64,000 bases of DNA from a virus, in IMG/VR virus record IMGVR_UViG_3300025168_000032, positions 1 to 64,000 of that record; one strand, written 5' to 3'. This document shows, one piece after another, positions 27,501-37,223 of the stretch. Below the pieces are notes generated by a model. It was not told where the DNA came from and searched no databases. It saw only the letters and a list, made by a program, of their open reading frames with translations. Position 1 is the stretch's first letter. Every line of letters begins with the position of its first letter. Made by a program: the position numbers and the translations under genes.

Positions 27501-28416
27501 GGGCGTAGCAGGAGCCGCAGGTGCTATAAGTGGCGCCGGAGTTGGAGCCACCCCCGGAACCCTTTCTCCTGCTACTCTAGCAGTGTGGCCAAGCGGAGTT
27601 ATAGGTGTAAAGAAAGGAGAAAAAGTGACTGGGGCCCCACGAGGGGTTTTCAAACAAGCAATGGCAAGAAGGGCTTGGTGGATGAACAAAGCTAATAATC
27701 CAAGATACCCACAAGTAGGGGCAAACAAATCAGGGAGAGATGTGAAGACTATAAAAAAGCCAAATCTTTTAACAATTGTTGACGGCACAAAGTCGAGAAA
27801 TGAGAAAAATTGTTGGACATATGATTTGAGTGTCGGAACAGACGGGGTCAAAGGTATTCTAGTCTCGACTTACAGTGGTATTGGTAGAGGAAGCTTTAGT
27901 CCCGGTGCTCCATACGCGCCTACAAAAAAAACAAAGGGTCCGGCTGTTGATTATAACAACGGAAACAATTCCACTAGCGCTGGTATGAAAATATTTGGTA
28001 GAAAACGAACTTTTAAGAAAAAAACAAATGCTTCCATTAGAGCGTTACAAATTTGGGGTATCGAACCGTGGAATTCACTCGAAGACAACAGGGGGGCCAT
28101 TGCCCACGAAACAGCACGAAAAGGAAGCCGAGCGGTTTCTTTTGGTTGTTTAGCTACGCATGGAAATGTTCTAGATCCTACTGACTCTGTACATTTTCAC
28201 GCTTGGGAAATTTGGAAAGGTGGGTCTTGGGTATATTTTTATAGCGGTCACACCGATGAATCAAAAGCTGGTAACGTTTACTGGCATAAGGGCCCCGGCA
28301 ATCCCATAAAGTCGGGAGAAAATAGAAAAACTTGGGATTGGAGTCAACCCCAAGGTGGACACTCAGCCCCGCCTCCAAAACCACCCCGAAAGAAGAAAAA
28401 GAAGAAAAAGAAATAA
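26893..28416 (+). CDS. gp5-like spike N-domain fused to an L,D-transpeptidase-like (YkuD_2-type) domain
   Basis: Same N-domain as 25497. C-domain LLTIVDG.KSRNEK.CWTYDL, STSAG, LQIWGIEPWN...RGAIAH...SFGC, ending in poly-Lys. Confidence 0.7.
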   Translation: MSFSKKMTNKFDSISDLYGRKEARDSLIFDAMVNSLSSPYGDTQLFGVILMIETQGILGPDGTTLPTTPNPTHPFVITARVRPLAPSAESFNLDEPCKYKSDPTALYENLMQHPIAYSETLDGDESLFIPTVGDVVPIYYDLEGPTSSGKRRGLRFRMQRVRRAEGGFDATCIAALGAKLVDGKISLSRVGTPASVIGAGGAGGVAGAAGAISGAGVGATPGTLSPATLAVWPSGVIGVKKGEKVTGAPRGVFKQAMARRAWWMNKANNPRYPQVGANKSGRDVKTIKKPNLLTIVDGTKSRNEKNCWTYDLSVGTDGVKGILVSTYSGIGRGSFSPGAPYAPTKKTKGPAVDYNNGNNSTSAGMKIFGRKRTFKKKTNASIRALQIWGIEPWNSLEDNRGAIAHETARKGSRAVSFGCLATHGNVLDPTDSVHFHAWEIWKGGSWVYFYSGHTDESKAGNVYWHKGPGNPIKSGENRKTWDWSQPQGGHSAPPPKPPRKKKKKKKK

Positions 28417-28434
28417 TCACTAACAGGAGTTACG

Positions 28435-29358
28435 ATGAGTAAAGTCGATGGTTATATACCAAATATAGACGGGTTAACAGAACAAGCAAAATTAGAAATT
28501 AAAAAAGGTGTCAATGACGGTTTATTCTGCACTGATGTCCAAGAGAAAGTACCAAATCGATACAAAGCAGGTTGCGAAAAGGTTATAAAAGGTAGAAACA
28601 ATTCTTGGATTGTGCTGGGTCGTGACAGGCCTTCGACAGTCGTAACGGGCGCTGGCGGAGCAGGATACACCCAGTGTGGGATGATCGATATGGTAGTTGG
28701 CCTTGGTGCTGTTACATCTACGAGGGAAATAAAGAAAGGGGAAGACCCCCTCGGTCCCAAGAATGTAGTTAGCGCTAATTTTGCTGCCGATGCTGCTAGG
28801 TTATACATGTCGCAAAGGTGTGTTGGTAAAGGTGGCATTGATGCCTACCTTGGACTAAGCAGAACCAGAGGTCCCTCTGCTCAAAATAAATCGGCAATTG
28901 CATTAAAAGCTGACCATGTTCGCATTGTAGGGCGTGAGAATGTAAGGATCTATGCCGCCAGAACACAAAACTTTCAAGGCTTTGGTCTTGGCGGCGAACC
29001 GACTACGTTAGGGACGCCAATTACAAAATCAACCATTGAACTGGTAGCCGGGAGAGAAGAAGATCTCCAACCAGCGGTTCTGGGTGATAACTTAAAAAGA
29101 TATCTTGAATCCAAAGACGAGTCGATGACAAACGTACTTAGAGTCATTCTTGGTATTGTAGGTCAATTAATGGAATTGAACTCCGCTGTTATGTTTCTAA
29201 ACCCTGCTTTGATGAAAAACATCCCCAAAAACATTAATGACTATTTCGATACAATTATAACCACGTTAAACAACGAAATCGACAAGATTAATTCACTGGA
29301 CAAACTGATAGTATCTGGTGGTAACCCACTACTTAGCAACACCGTATTTATAACTTAG
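28435..29358 (+). CDS. Putative baseplate hub/spike protein (gp5 C-terminal-like)
   Basis: Beta-rich repeats such as SWIVLGRD, IDMVVG, ARLYMSQ and SAIALKADHVRIVGRENVRI. Position between the spike-enzyme genes and the baseplate genes. Confidence 0.5.
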   Translation: MSKVDGYIPNIDGLTEQAKLEIKKGVNDGLFCTDVQEKVPNRYKAGCEKVIKGRNNSWIVLGRDRPSTVVTGAGGAGYTQCGMIDMVVGLGAVTSTREIKKGEDPLGPKNVVSANFAADAARLYMSQRCVGKGGIDAYLGLSRTRGPSAQNKSAIALKADHVRIVGRENVRIYAARTQNFQGFGLGGEPTTLGTPITKSTIELVAGREEDLQPAVLGDNLKRYLESKDESMTNVLRVILGIVGQLMELNSAVMFLNPALMKNIPKNINDYFDTIITTLNNEIDKINSLDKLIVSGGNPLLSNTVFIT

Positions 29359-29367
29359 AGGTAAAAA

Positions 29368-32300
29368 ATGTCAAAAACTCCCATATGTGCGCCAATAGCG
29401 CCATTGCCAAAGCCCGACCCAAAGGCCCCATGTCCAACTTGTTTACCAGACAAGACCTTTGTTGAGCCAACGTGGCACACAACAGAATCCCCTTATTTAA
29501 ACAGGAAAACCTGCGAGTATATGGTATCGGTAACCGTTAACAGTCGTGGGGATTCGCACACAACAAGCTCAGTCAAAAAAGCTGGATTGCCTTTTAAAAA
29601 GTTGTTGAAAACCTACATAAGACCCGGCCTTCGGGAATTATTAAGATATTTCGACAAATTAGAAAATGATGAAATAGTGTGTGCGTCTTATACAACAGAA
29701 CAAGGCGGAATAAAATCTGTTTCCATAGGCATGGAAGGGCCCAAGCCCAAGGTCAAAGTCAAATCAAAATCTTCTAAATACGCTTTTGATAAAGAGTGTA
29801 GGGAGATCTTAGATTTCGATTATTCTGAATTTATAAAAATCAAAAACAAACCATCCACATTGCAAGGCGACAGTGTTCACAAGATATATAACATCGACGA
29901 ACAGATAAGACAAAAATACCCACAGATAAAAAATATAAATGCTATTGAGTTATATGCTAGAGCTATAGACTACCATTTTACTGGATACGGTGAAAGCGTA
30001 ATGAAAGTATTAATAGCAATACCTGCATTTATATTTGATCAAGTACCGGAGGCCCCAGACTTACCAGACGTAGATGTCAGCGCTGAGAGATTATTCATTT
30101 CTCCAAGAAGGTTACACACCGACATTACTCGGTTGAAAGAAGTGTTGTTATCTTTTTCTCAATATCAAGCATTTTTCTATCGCTACCAGAATGGGACTTT
30201 ATATTTTAAAGACACAGAGACAACAGAAGAGTCAGACGAAGCAGAGACCAGTGACCCGCTAAAGAAAGTAGGGAAAAAGTTTTATATAAAATTTTATGTT
30301 AAAAGATTAGAACTTTTCGAGAATGCGCTAGAAAAACTTCTCAAACAGAACGGGTTCACATATAGTACATTTCTTAATAGAAGAACCTCAGACATGCCTT
30401 GGAGAATAAAATTTGTTTTTGACAAGAGCGACGAAAAGCGCCCTTTTACTCTTAAGAGAGTGGGGGTGAAAATAGAAGGTTGTTATTACAAAAAATTAGG
30501 AAAAGGCCTGTCATCTTTTCTCAAAAAAGGACTGATACAAGACCAAACCCTAATGGGCTTAATAGCAAATATAAAAGATATTAGGAGTGATCTGGACGCC
30601 CGAGAAACGCCCGGATGGCTAGATTTTTGTTTAAAGTATATCTATCCCAATTTGGGAGTAAACTATGGCTCAAAAGACAAATATAAAGAACAAACAGCAG
30701 TTAATTGCTTAGGGGATAAACTTGGATTAAACGGAATCGATGATTTCGTACACAATGCTGTAGGGGAGTTCACGGATTTGTTCGCATATCAGTTTAACAA
30801 AAACCAATGTCGCGCCCTAGGGCAAAAACTTCCGGAAATCGACTTGTTTGATTCATCCGGAGGCATTCAGGACAAATACATTGATGAGTGGTATAACAAC
30901 AAATACGCAAAAATCGGTGAACCATCCATTCTAGAAGAAATGCTAAAGGATATAAAAAGTAATTGGGATAATGTAAACAAGTCAGAGGACAAATTGAAAA
31001 ATCTTATGGGGGCGTTAAATCCTTGTAATTTTTTCCAGCTTGGGCTAAAGGCCATACAGTGTTTGATGTCTGGTATGTCCTTCGAGGCCTCTATGAGGAT
31101 CATGGCTAAAAAGGCCTTATCAACAATGGCTAGTGATGCTTTGGAAAAAGTTATGGAAGCTTTACCATACGACAAGCAAGAAGAAATAAGGAAAATGGTG
31201 GAAGACAAATTTGGAAATATGCCTGCTCCTTGGGAGCAGGGGTATAAGCCCGGTAGCTTTGATAAAGTTATTGACAAGAGGACTGCTGACGGGATAGCTT
31301 CGAAAGAAAAAGCAGCAAATGAAATGTTGGATAATCAGAGCGATGCTGTAACGAAAATGAAAGAACTAAACAAAAGGGTGGAGGAGTTAGCCACTTGTCT
31401 TGAAAATCCAAACATCTGTACGCGAGACGGGAAATTGAGACCCCCTCCGCCACCAGTAGTCGCAGTTTATCCACCATTGACATATGTCGAAAACATGAGA
31501 AGGGGCGATCAAGGAGCAAGCGTGACAGCCTTACAAGTAGCTTTGGTAACGCTAGGACACAAATTGGTCCCAGATGGGGATTTTGGTAAAATAACCAGAA
31601 ACGCCCTGAAAGCATATCAGAGATCTGCAAAAATACTGGTTGATGGGATTGCTGGTCCACAAACAAGAGGCAGTATAAATTCAGCTTTAGCAGCTAAAGC
31701 ACAAGCGGAAAATGACAGTGAGGCCCCTAACGAAGACCCAATAGTTATTAACAAGCCAAACTCTACAGAAAAACAAGTTCTTGAATCGTCGGGTGTTGTA
31801 CAGGGATCTACCGATAGTTTATACGGTGATATTCTAAAGGAACTTATGGATGCTCACAAGCAAACAAACACAAGTGTACAAAACACAGAGCGAGAATTGA
31901 AAGAAGATGAACAGAAGTTAGAAAATCTAAAGGGCAAGCTAAGGAGCGTTGGCGAGGAACAAGAGCAAAAACAAAAAGATTTGGAAGCGGCTAAAGCTAA
32001 AATGAGGGCTTACATGAACCAACTTGAAATAGACTGGTTTGATTATGGCGGTATCAAGACAATGACCGCTTGGCAGAAAGTGGAGGTGAAAGATCTCCAA
32101 GACAAAATAGACGAAGCACTACAGGCAACGGCCAAATTGGAACAAGATTATAATAAGATGTTGCCCGGTATCGAGTATTTGGAAAAGAGAATTCTAAAAA
32201 AAGCCGCAGCCGTAAAAGCAGCATACGAAAAAAGAACAGAATCATATGATACTGCTATGAATTTAGAGAAAATGGTAGACGACAAGATAAAAGAATTACA

Positions 32301-35300
32301 AGGAGAGTGGTTTACGAAGAGAACTGAGTTGCAATTGGCGATGGCTGAACAGGCTAAAAAGTATTCAGCCAATGATACAACGTTAAATGAAGAATCTGGG
32401 CCGTATGCTAACTGGAATGATCTCTCGGAAGATGAAAGGACGTCCCTAACCGCAAGAGAGAGAAACAAACACGACGACAGAATCATGAAAGGTGTAAGTC
32501 CAGACGATCCTGATTTCGAGCAAGGCACCTATGGTAAAGCCTTGGGGGATATCCAATCAGCAGTAACATCGGCATATGTGGAAGCAATAATGGAGACTGC
32601 GGAATTACAACAACTTATGGGTATACTTAACAAACTCCCCGGAGTTAAGCTTATTGGTTCTTTCCTTGCGGGTTTGAAGTGCCCCTTGCCAAGTTTTATC
32701 TACCCTCCATTATCAAGTTTTCTTGGAACGTTGACTCTTGATCCTTGTGGCCCCGGCAAAACAAGGATATCCTTTGGTGAGCTTCCAAAACTGCGAAGCT
32801 TTAACGGTTGGAATTTTTTAAATATATTAAAAAATGCTTTTGTAGATGCTCTTTTGCAGGTAGTAACCGAGATAATGTTTGCTATAATTTTTAAGCTGGC
32901 TTCTATTGTGTTTGACGTAACATGCCAGACTTTAGCAGCCGCAGGTCAAGCCGCTTTTAAAGGAATAGTTGGTGACAGCGGATGGAGAAACGCGGTAGAC
33001 GATTTCTTTTGTGGCAAAGACAAGCCTGAAGACGAGCGTGATGATCACGCTGCGCTGGTTTTAAAAACAGCCGTCCCTCAAATACCCGGAGATGCCAAAG
33101 ATCTGGCTAAGACGATGTCTGTTATCGGTACTAAATCTGAATATGCAAGAGCAATCACTTCCCTACCAGAAGACCAAGATATGGGTTTTATGAAAAATCT
33201 ATCTTCACTTATAGTTGCAAACCACCCAGAGTACGCACTGACTATGGGAACTCCTGAAATGCTCGTTATGTTCTTTTCGCAGGTAGGAAACCTTTTAACA
33301 GCAGACCAGATTGTCCAACTGAGAGATTCTTTAGATTTTGAGTCGGAAATTCCTCTAGATGACAGTATATGTTTGACAGACGATGAACTTGACCAATGGG
33401 CTCAGGATAGAGAAGACGCATTAACAAACGCAGGATTAGATCCTCAAATAGCAAAAGATTTTGTTGCGAGGCAAGATGAAAGAAGGAAATCGGATTTGGC
33501 AGATATAGCAGATATTCTATCACAATCACCAGAGGGAATGCTAGAGAACGCCTTGAACGAAGCGCTTGGTGCAAGTGATCCTGATCCGGGTTGTGACGTC
33601 TCCAAGTCAGCAGTACAATTAGAGAAAATAGAGCAGGTCAAAGATGCTGTCGGTAAAGCTACCAAGGGCATGTTCAAGAGGTTAGAAAAGGCCTTTTTCG
33701 ATGATATAATTCTGTGGCGCTGGCCAATGGACCCAAGGTCATGGAATGACACACCGGGAATTCTAAGCACCATATTGGCAGATACACAGGGGTATACTTT
33801 AAATTTCCACAATATAGCAAGAAACAATATCTTTTTTAAAACATCTAACTTTGTTACTTTTGGTTTTTATCCTAAGTACGAAGAGTACCCCGAGACAGTC
33901 GGGATAAAGTTCAGAGAAGCCCTTTTGGAAACCAGCTTTAAGTCAGAAGGCACTAAGACCAAAATACCAATTAAGTATGATATTACTGATGACTATTCTT
34001 GGAAAAGTGTGATCACGTTGACGGACGAATTCAAAGAGACAAACGACCTTGGTCAAGAAGTCTACCCTCGTGCGTTCGATTACAAATTCAAACAAAAATC
34101 ACCAGAAAACATACTAGGTACGTTTAGGGTTGAAAAACCTTTGGGCCCCGATAATAAAGACTATCAAAAATATAAACTGTTGCCTTCTAACGGACAACTT
34201 GGAAAAAGTGATTTCAGAGGTTTGGTGATGAAGAACCTGTTGAACAACTGGGTCTATAAAGATTTTAACAATGTAGATATTGATGAGTCCGAGGCAAGGT
34301 CTCTGATGTCTAAATTGCAGAACATTGTAAATACAAAATTTGTAGCTTCTCTAATGAGCGTTGATGGGAATATCCCATCTGGTTTCCTCCACGGTAGTAA
34401 AAACCAAGAAATAAAAGCAGAACACCTTGAATATGTTGCCCCGGATGGGGCAGAATACGATTTTGAAGAAACAGACGCAGTTTTCGGAAGAGCAAAGTCT
34501 GGAAACGGTAGGGTCAAGTTCCTAGACCCTGCTAAGTATGGTGGAGACTATACTTCACCAAGTATTTATATTTCACCCCCTAAAGACGAAGGTTTGATGC
34601 AAATTGCGAGGGTTTTTGTTCCGCATATTTCGGAGGGGTGTAACCCAGATTTGTCAAAGTCTCATTTTTTAAAATTGGATCAAATAAAAGAAATTATAGA
34701 TGCTGCGAGAGCCGGTATGAAACCCCATAAGAAGTTGGAATTTTCCCCTGAGTGTGTAAGAGAATTCCCATTTGATAAAATAGCTTCTCCTGCCACTCTT
34801 GCTTCACTAGAAGGGGTCGTTATAGCCACCATAAGAGTATATCTGGCAGACTTTTTTGCCAAAACGATGCCTATTTGGTCAAGCATTTCTTTGGTTTCTT
34901 TGGTCAACAACGCTGAGAACTATGATGAATTGCTACCAGAGTATATTGTCATGCTTATGAAGCGAGGTCTTTCTAGCGAGAAGTCCATCTTTTCTCGTGC
35001 TACTTATGAGGCTTACCCGTATTGGCTTTTATTCTTGGAGCAAGCGGCTCAAGTTGTGCAAAGGAGAGTGAAGAACGGCTCCATAGAAGAGACAACAGAT
35101 ATTAAAGAGGCCTTTGATACTATCAACGAACTACAAAATCAACATGTTGTTGCGAGTCCAAAAGATTTGATACTTGTGGCAAAATCATACGATGGAGATG
35201 TAAAGGTCAACAATTTCGCAAATGATTATTTGGCAGAATCGATTGTTAAGGGTGGGGCATTGATAGGTGGCGTTATGGAACGTGGAGAGTTGCCTTCTGG

Positions 35301-36792
35301 CACGAGTTCTTTTGGAAGTATCTTGTGGTCTGCTTTCGGCTTAAAAGAGGCCCGGTTTAGCGCTAAAATGTGGACTCTTCACCGTGGCCGCAAAGCTGCC
35401 ATGACTTTGTTAAAATACCTTGTGATCGGTGAAATCAATGAATATCAGTTAACGATGGCAAAGAAATTGCATGAAATGAATAATATGCCGCATTTTAATG
35501 ATTTGGGTTTGTCCTTGATAGGGAAGCATGGCGCAGCGGTAGGTAAAGCTCCAGAGAGTGGAATCTGGGCGACTACACCAGATAGTGAAGGGTTCAAAGT
35601 GCCACCAGAAACAAGAAGAAAATATGGTGATGTAAATTCTGTGTCGTCCAACCCGCTTGAGAGACACAGCATAGAGAGTGCAAAGGGAAAGTTGCCCAAA
35701 GTTAAACAAGAAGATTTTGACTTTATGAAAGAAAACGGAGCACTTTTTCTAGAAAAATATATAAGACTATTCGATCGTACAGAGGAAAGCAGCACAAAAC
35801 CAATCCCAGATTTTATCAAAAACAGACCAAACCACCTCAAGGGTGTAGTTAACATATCTGATTTCAAGAAGTTTCTTAATGACAACAAAGATTCGATTCC
35901 GGCAGATATAAGAATATCAGATTGGTTTATGGCAAAAGAGATTGCCGAGTCTGAAGAAAATAAGCCTGCTGAGTATGAGGACATAGTTGGTATAAAATAC
36001 GGTGTTAGGCTATGCTATATACCCGACGAAGATTTCCGGCCTTTTAGCTTGCCAAACACAGAGGACAACAATAAGGCAATTTTAGAAAAATCTTTTAAGT
36101 GCAAGCCAATATCATTCGAGGTAGAAAGGGAATCTACGGTACCCGGCTCCTTATCTGGTCCGACTTATCAGGTTAGTGTGCTAGAAGGTTCCAAAAATAC
36201 TTTTCCCATAGAGGAGATAGAACAGGAAATACCTGATACTGAGTTAATTAAATTAATTGAATTTGATGATGATTTAAATCAAGAATTAAGGTGTTATGTC
36301 GATAGGTTGACCCTTGGCACAAGATTTGATTTAATATTTCATAAGACTCTGCACCTAAAAAGAATAACCTCCCTGCTTATGATATCATCTTATGACAGTT
36401 GGGTGCCTTCGATAGGCGCGAAAGGCAGCAAAGAAAGGATAGAACCAGAAATCCCCGAAGCTTACGAGGACATGGAAGACGATCCACCATCCTATTCAGA
36501 CCCCGGTGGAACGCCATATTTTAACGATAGCAGAAAAGAATGTAGAAAATTGTTTATAGCCAATTACAAGAGAAGCGATTATGACCCAAAGGACGAAGAA
36601 GAAGATTTCGACCCAATCAAGGACAACGTACAACAAATGATGTCAAATACATTTAGCGCTGTTTCATACGGCTCAGATGTTCCTTTCTGGATGAAATGGA
36701 GAGTTCTTAAGGAAAACCCTGACGATAAAGAGGGTAACGCTTGTGGTAATCAGTTCACTAAACTATTTAAGAAAACAGAGGAAGAAGAATAA
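29368..36792 (+). CDS. Giant (2474 aa) virion-associated protein with an internal peptidoglycan-binding domain and coiled coil
   Basis: PG_binding_1 pattern RRGDQGASVTALQVAL...PDGDFG..T..A.K.YQ....I.VDGIAGPQT (~31489-31690), followed by a long coiled coil. Confidence 0.75.
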   Translation: MSKTPICAPIAPLPKPDPKAPCPTCLPDKTFVEPTWHTTESPYLNRKTCEYMVSVTVNSRGDSHTTSSVKKAGLPFKKLLKTYIRPGLRELLRYFDKLENDEIVCASYTTEQGGIKSVSIGMEGPKPKVKVKSKSSKYAFDKECREILDFDYSEFIKIKNKPSTLQGDSVHKIYNIDEQIRQKYPQIKNINAIELYARAIDYHFTGYGESVMKVLIAIPAFIFDQVPEAPDLPDVDVSAERLFISPRRLHTDITRLKEVLLSFSQYQAFFYRYQNGTLYFKDTETTEESDEAETSDPLKKVGKKFYIKFYVKRLELFENALEKLLKQNGFTYSTFLNRRTSDMPWRIKFVFDKSDEKRPFTLKRVGVKIEGCYYKKLGKGLSSFLKKGLIQDQTLMGLIANIKDIRSDLDARETPGWLDFCLKYIYPNLGVNYGSKDKYKEQTAVNCLGDKLGLNGIDDFVHNAVGEFTDLFAYQFNKNQCRALGQKLPEIDLFDSSGGIQDKYIDEWYNNKYAKIGEPSILEEMLKDIKSNWDNVNKSEDKLKNLMGALNPCNFFQLGLKAIQCLMSGMSFEASMRIMAKKALSTMASDALEKVMEALPYDKQEEIRKMVEDKFGNMPAPWEQGYKPGSFDKVIDKRTADGIASKEKAANEMLDNQSDAVTKMKELNKRVEELATCLENPNICTRDGKLRPPPPPVVAVYPPLTYVENMRRGDQGASVTALQVALVTLGHKLVPDGDFGKITRNALKAYQRSAKILVDGIAGPQTRGSINSALAAKAQAENDSEAPNEDPIVINKPNSTEKQVLESSGVVQGSTDSLYGDILKELMDAHKQTNTSVQNTERELKEDEQKLENLKGKLRSVGEEQEQKQKDLEAAKAKMRAYMNQLEIDWFDYGGIKTMTAWQKVEVKDLQDKIDEALQATAKLEQDYNKMLPGIEYLEKRILKKAAAVKAAYEKRTESYDTAMNLEKMVDDKIKELQGEWFTKRTELQLAMAEQAKKYSANDTTLNEESGPYANWNDLSEDERTSLTARERNKHDDRIMKGVSPDDPDFEQGTYGKALGDIQSAVTSAYVEAIMETAELQQLMGILNKLPGVKLIGSFLAGLKCPLPSFIYPPLSSFLGTLTLDPCGPGKTRISFGELPKLRSFNGWNFLNILKNAFVDALLQVVTEIMFAIIFKLASIVFDVTCQTLAAAGQAAFKGIVGDSGWRNAVDDFFCGKDKPEDERDDHAALVLKTAVPQIPGDAKDLAKTMSVIGTKSEYARAITSLPEDQDMGFMKNLSSLIVANHPEYALTMGTPEMLVMFFSQVGNLLTADQIVQLRDSLDFESEIPLDDSICLTDDELDQWAQDREDALTNAGLDPQIAKDFVARQDERRKSDLADIADILSQSPEGMLENALNEALGASDPDPGCDVSKSAVQLEKIEQVKDAVGKATKGMFKRLEKAFFDDIILWRWPMDPRSWNDTPGILSTILADTQGYTLNFHNIARNNIFFKTSNFVTFGFYPKYEEYPETVGIKFREALLETSFKSEGTKTKIPIKYDITDDYSWKSVITLTDEFKETNDLGQEVYPRAFDYKFKQKSPENILGTFRVEKPLGPDNKDYQKYKLLPSNGQLGKSDFRGLVMKNLLNNWVYKDFNNVDIDESEARSLMSKLQNIVNTKFVASLMSVDGNIPSGFLHGSKNQEIKAEHLEYVAPDGAEYDFEETDAVFGRAKSGNGRVKFLDPAKYGGDYTSPSIYISPPKDEGLMQIARVFVPHISEGCNPDLSKSHFLKLDQIKEIIDAARAGMKPHKKLEFSPECVREFPFDKIASPATLASLEGVVIATIRVYLADFFAKTMPIWSSISLVSLVNNAENYDELLPEYIVMLMKRGLSSEKSIFSRATYEAYPYWLLFLEQAAQVVQRRVKNGSIEETTDIKEAFDTINELQNQHVVASPKDLILVAKSYDGDVKVNNFANDYLAESIVKGGALIGGVMERGELPSGTSSFGSILWSAFGLKEARFSAKMWTLHRGRKAAMTLLKYLVIGEINEYQLTMAKKLHEMNNMPHFNDLGLSLIGKHGAAVGKAPESGIWATTPDSEGFKVPPETRRKYGDVNSVSSNPLERHSIESAKGKLPKVKQEDFDFMKENGALFLEKYIRLFDRTEESSTKPIPDFIKNRPNHLKGVVNISDFKKFLNDNKDSIPADIRISDWFMAKEIAESEENKPAEYEDIVGIKYGVRLCYIPDEDFRPFSLPNTEDNNKAILEKSFKCKPISFEVERESTVPGSLSGPTYQVSVLEGSKNTFPIEEIEQEIPDTELIKLIEFDDDLNQELRCYVDRLTLGTRFDLIFHKTLHLKRITSLLMISSYDSWVPSIGAKGSKERIEPEIPEAYEDMEDDPPSYSDPGGTPYFNDSRKECRKLFIANYKRSDYDPKDEEEDFDPIKDNVQQMMSNTFSAVSYGSDVPFWMKWRVLKENPDDKEGNACGNQFTKLFKKTEEEE
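36763..36769 (+). promoter_or_regulatory. Candidate late-promoter element CTATTTA
   Basis: About 22 nt upstream of the gp25-like start. Recurs upstream of other late-type genes but has low information content. Confidence 0.3.
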
Positions 36793-37172
36793 TGGCCAAT
36801 TTAACAGTAAGATTCCCGTTAGAACAAACAGGAAAAAACACAGGCTTTGATTTACTTTCTAGTGAAGATATAAGGGATTTGGTCAAATTTAATATCAAAA
36901 ACACCCTCTTGACATGTCCGGGCGAACGCACATTTGACAGCGAGGACTTTGGGGCTTGTTTGAGAAAAATATTATTTGAATACCCAACTGCATCTGTTTT
37001 AGACACAGCAGCTTCAGCGATAAGAAAGCAATTGGGGATATTCGTTCCGTATATTGTTTTAGAGGATGTTGATATCACAAACCCGGACAATATGGTAGCA
37101 CATGTCAGGCTACTATACTATATAAATGAAATAGAGGCTAGAGACGAACTGTTAATTAGAGTCAGAGTATAA
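36792..37172 (+). CDS. Baseplate wedge subunit, gp25/GPW-like
   Basis: NIKNTLLTCPGER....DFG..LRKILFE. Confidence 0.88.
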   Translation: MANLTVRFPLEQTGKNTGFDLLSSEDIRDLVKFNIKNTLLTCPGERTFDSEDFGACLRKILFEYPTASVLDTAASAIRKQLGIFVPYIVLEDVDITNPDNMVAHVRLLYYINEIEARDELLIRVRV

Positions 37173-37192
37173 AGTATAAATTGATATAAAAC

Positions 37193-37199
37193 CTATTTA
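37193..37199 (+). promoter_or_regulatory. Candidate late-promoter element CTATTTA
   Basis: Intergenic, about 24 nt upstream of ATG37224. Confidence 0.35.
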
Positions 37200-37223
37200 T
37201 TTTGTAAAAGAGGGTCCTTATAA

